A stretch of DNA of 64,000 nucleotides from an uncultured Nannocystaceae bacterium (GTDB lineage Bacteria; Myxococcota_A; Polyangia; Nannocystales; Nannocystaceae): positions 30,138-94,137 of the forward strand of contig CAYSPB010000001.1 of NCBI GenBank assembly GCA_964432695.1, given 5' to 3'. Positions 62,692-64,000 of the stretch are shown here, piece by piece (the first letter of the stretch is position 1; every line of letters begins with the position of its first letter). Under the pieces are notes generated by a model. The model was not told where the DNA came from. It searched no databases and saw only the letters and a program-made list of their open reading frames with translations. The translations under genes were made by a program, and so were the position numbers.

Positions 62692-63770
62692 CGCGTGTAG
62701 AACTGGTCGCGCTGTGTCTCGCCCTCGGCTGTGCGCCGGAGGCGTCGGACGCGATCGAGCCGGAACCGGTCGATCTCGACATCGATGCGTACCCTTTCGA
62801 GACGCTGTCCGAGTACGGTTTCTTTGCGGGGTCGATGGTCGATCTCGTGCCTAGTCCAGGCGTTGTGGGCTACACCGTCGCGTCGCCGCTGTGGGCCGAT
62901 GCGGCGGAGAAGGGCCGATTCTTCGCCATGCCCGAGGGCGCCGCGATCGAGCGTACGGACGAGGGCGCATGGGAGTTCCCCACCGGTTCGGTTTTCATCA
63001 AGACCTTCTACTTCGACCAAGACCGCGGCGAGGCTGAAGACCTGCGCATCGTCGAGACGCGCCTGCTCGTGCGTGAAGACGACGGGCACTGGCAGAGCTA
63101 TGGCTACCTTTGGAACGACGAGCAGACCGATGCCGTGCGCACCAAGGCCGGTGCCGACGTCGTCCTGGACGTTCTCGACGAAGGCGGGACGCCGGGATCG
63201 CAGCTGTACTTGGTGCCCGACCAGCTCGCGTGCGAGACGTGCCACGACCGCGATGACGTGGCGGTGCTGCTGGGGCCGTCCACACGGCAAATGAACACGA
63301 CCTGGCCAATCGGTGGCGCAGAGGAAGCGGTCAACCAGATCGACTGGCTCGCCGAGCATGGGTACTTTGCGGCCGACGTTCCGGCCGCTGAGACGTTGCC
63401 CGCGCTCGCGCGCCCGACCTCGGACGCGTCGCTGAATGACCGAGCGCGTTCCTACCTGCACGGAAACTGCTCGCATTGCCATCGGCGCGGTGGCCTGGCT
63501 GGGGGCACAGGCTTACGGCTATCGGCGTACATCGACGACCCGCCCCAGTACGGGGTCTGCAATGGACTGGGTCCGTTGTCGCCCTCGGGCCAGGGCCGGA
63601 CATACGGCATCTGGCCGGGCCGGCCCGACAAGAGCTTTGTGCCGTTCCGCATGGCCAGCACCGACCCCGCGGTGAAGATGCCCGAGCTGCCGAATCTGCG
63701 CCCGGACGACTTCGGGGTGTCGCTGATCGAGGCGTGGATCACCGAGCTGCCCGGTCCGGCTTGTGAATAG
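62688..63770 (+). CDS. Diheme c-type cytochrome lipoprotein (SO_2930/HNE_0200-like family, from memory)
   Basis: The ATG at 62688 overlaps the TPR gene TGA as ATGA. MTRVELVALCLALGC (lipobox). Has two CxxCH motifs (CETCH, CSHCH). LSEYGFF...SPLWADAAEKGRFFAMP...FPTGSVFIKTFYF...IVETRLLVREDDGHWQSYGYLWNDEQTDA matches my recollection of that family. Confidence 0.7.
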   Translation: MTRVELVALCLALGCAPEASDAIEPEPVDLDIDAYPFETLSEYGFFAGSMVDLVPSPGVVGYTVASPLWADAAEKGRFFAMPEGAAIERTDEGAWEFPTGSVFIKTFYFDQDRGEAEDLRIVETRLLVREDDGHWQSYGYLWNDEQTDAVRTKAGADVVLDVLDEGGTPGSQLYLVPDQLACETCHDRDDVAVLLGPSTRQMNTTWPIGGAEEAVNQIDWLAEHGYFAADVPAAETLPALARPTSDASLNDRARSYLHGNCSHCHRRGGLAGGTGLRLSAYIDDPPQYGVCNGLGPLSPSGQGRTYGIWPGRPDKSFVPFRMASTDPAVKMPELPNLRPDDFGVSLIEAWITELPGPACE

Positions 63771-63824
63771 GCCGATTCGAGGCCTGCATGACGGGTGTGG
63801 GGCGTACCGGCCATAGCACCGGGT

Positions 63825-64000
63825 ATGCTTAACCTACGAAATGCTCCCGTTGGGTTGATGGTCTTCGCACTCGGCGCCTGTGGTCCCGAGGTCGGGGAGG
63901 CGACGAGCCGGGGAGAGGGTGCAGGACAGAGCGAGACCGCGGACGACGATTCGCGCGGTACCGAGGACGACGGCGAAACGGAAGCCGACGAGGCCGAATC
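63825..64000 (+). CDS. Hypothetical lipoprotein, 5' partial (runs off the window)
   Basis: The ATG at 63825 gives MLNLRNAPVGLMVFALGAC (lipobox), followed by an acidic D/E/T/G linker. There is no stop before 64000. Confidence 0.5.
   Translation, partial: MLNLRNAPVGLMVFALGACGPEVGEATSRGEGAGQSETADDDSRGTEDDGETEADEAE

Overview
This is a high-GC (roughly 68-70% by eye) bacterial chromosomal segment. Its gene style suggests a myxobacterium, possibly Nannocystineae-like, but that is inference only. The style includes four Hanks-type Ser/Thr kinase genes, an ECF sigma factor, a stand-alone CdnL, at least 10 lipobox lipoproteins (several with acidic Asp/Thr/Gly/Ser linkers), Cys-rich tails and TPR giants. 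I support about 48 CDS, 2 pseudogene fragments, 3 coding tandem-repeat tracts, 2 intrinsic terminators and 3 weak promoter guesses. I found no rRNA, tRNA, CRISPR array, transposase or integrase. Housekeeping anchors are glmS, cdnL, pepA, trmB, uvrB and thiE.

The most interesting block is 243-18058. It is a divergently transcribed amino-sugar exopolysaccharide locus containing:
- glmS, a stand-alone GlmU uridyltransferase domain and an SDR epimerase.
- Three GT4 glycosyltransferases, two of them with a PelF-like N-terminus.
- A BcsB-like periplasmic protein translationally coupled to a 663-aa polytopic membrane protein, with no GT2 synthase present.
- A complete sigma-less partner-switching set (STAS, RsbW-like kinase, REC-PP2C phosphatase), reminiscent of Vibrio SypA/SypE.
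- A GAF plus variant HD-GYP protein in the slot that PelD occupies in pel operons.

Other modules worth a second look:
- An ECF sigma to Ser/Thr kinase operon with no anti-sigma, followed by two tandem CxxCH lipoprotein paralogs (20874-29102).
- A translationally coupled kinase/pseudokinase pair with identical zinc-ribbon/TM/helical architecture (48805-52513).
- A ChpT-like DHp protein coupled to a REC-PAS-HK (32668-34832).
- A 1829-aa TPR protein coupled by an ATGA overlap to a diheme lipoprotein and preceded by about 770 nt of apparently non-coding DNA (56429-63770).

All functional calls come from motif reading of the supplied translations. No database search was run.
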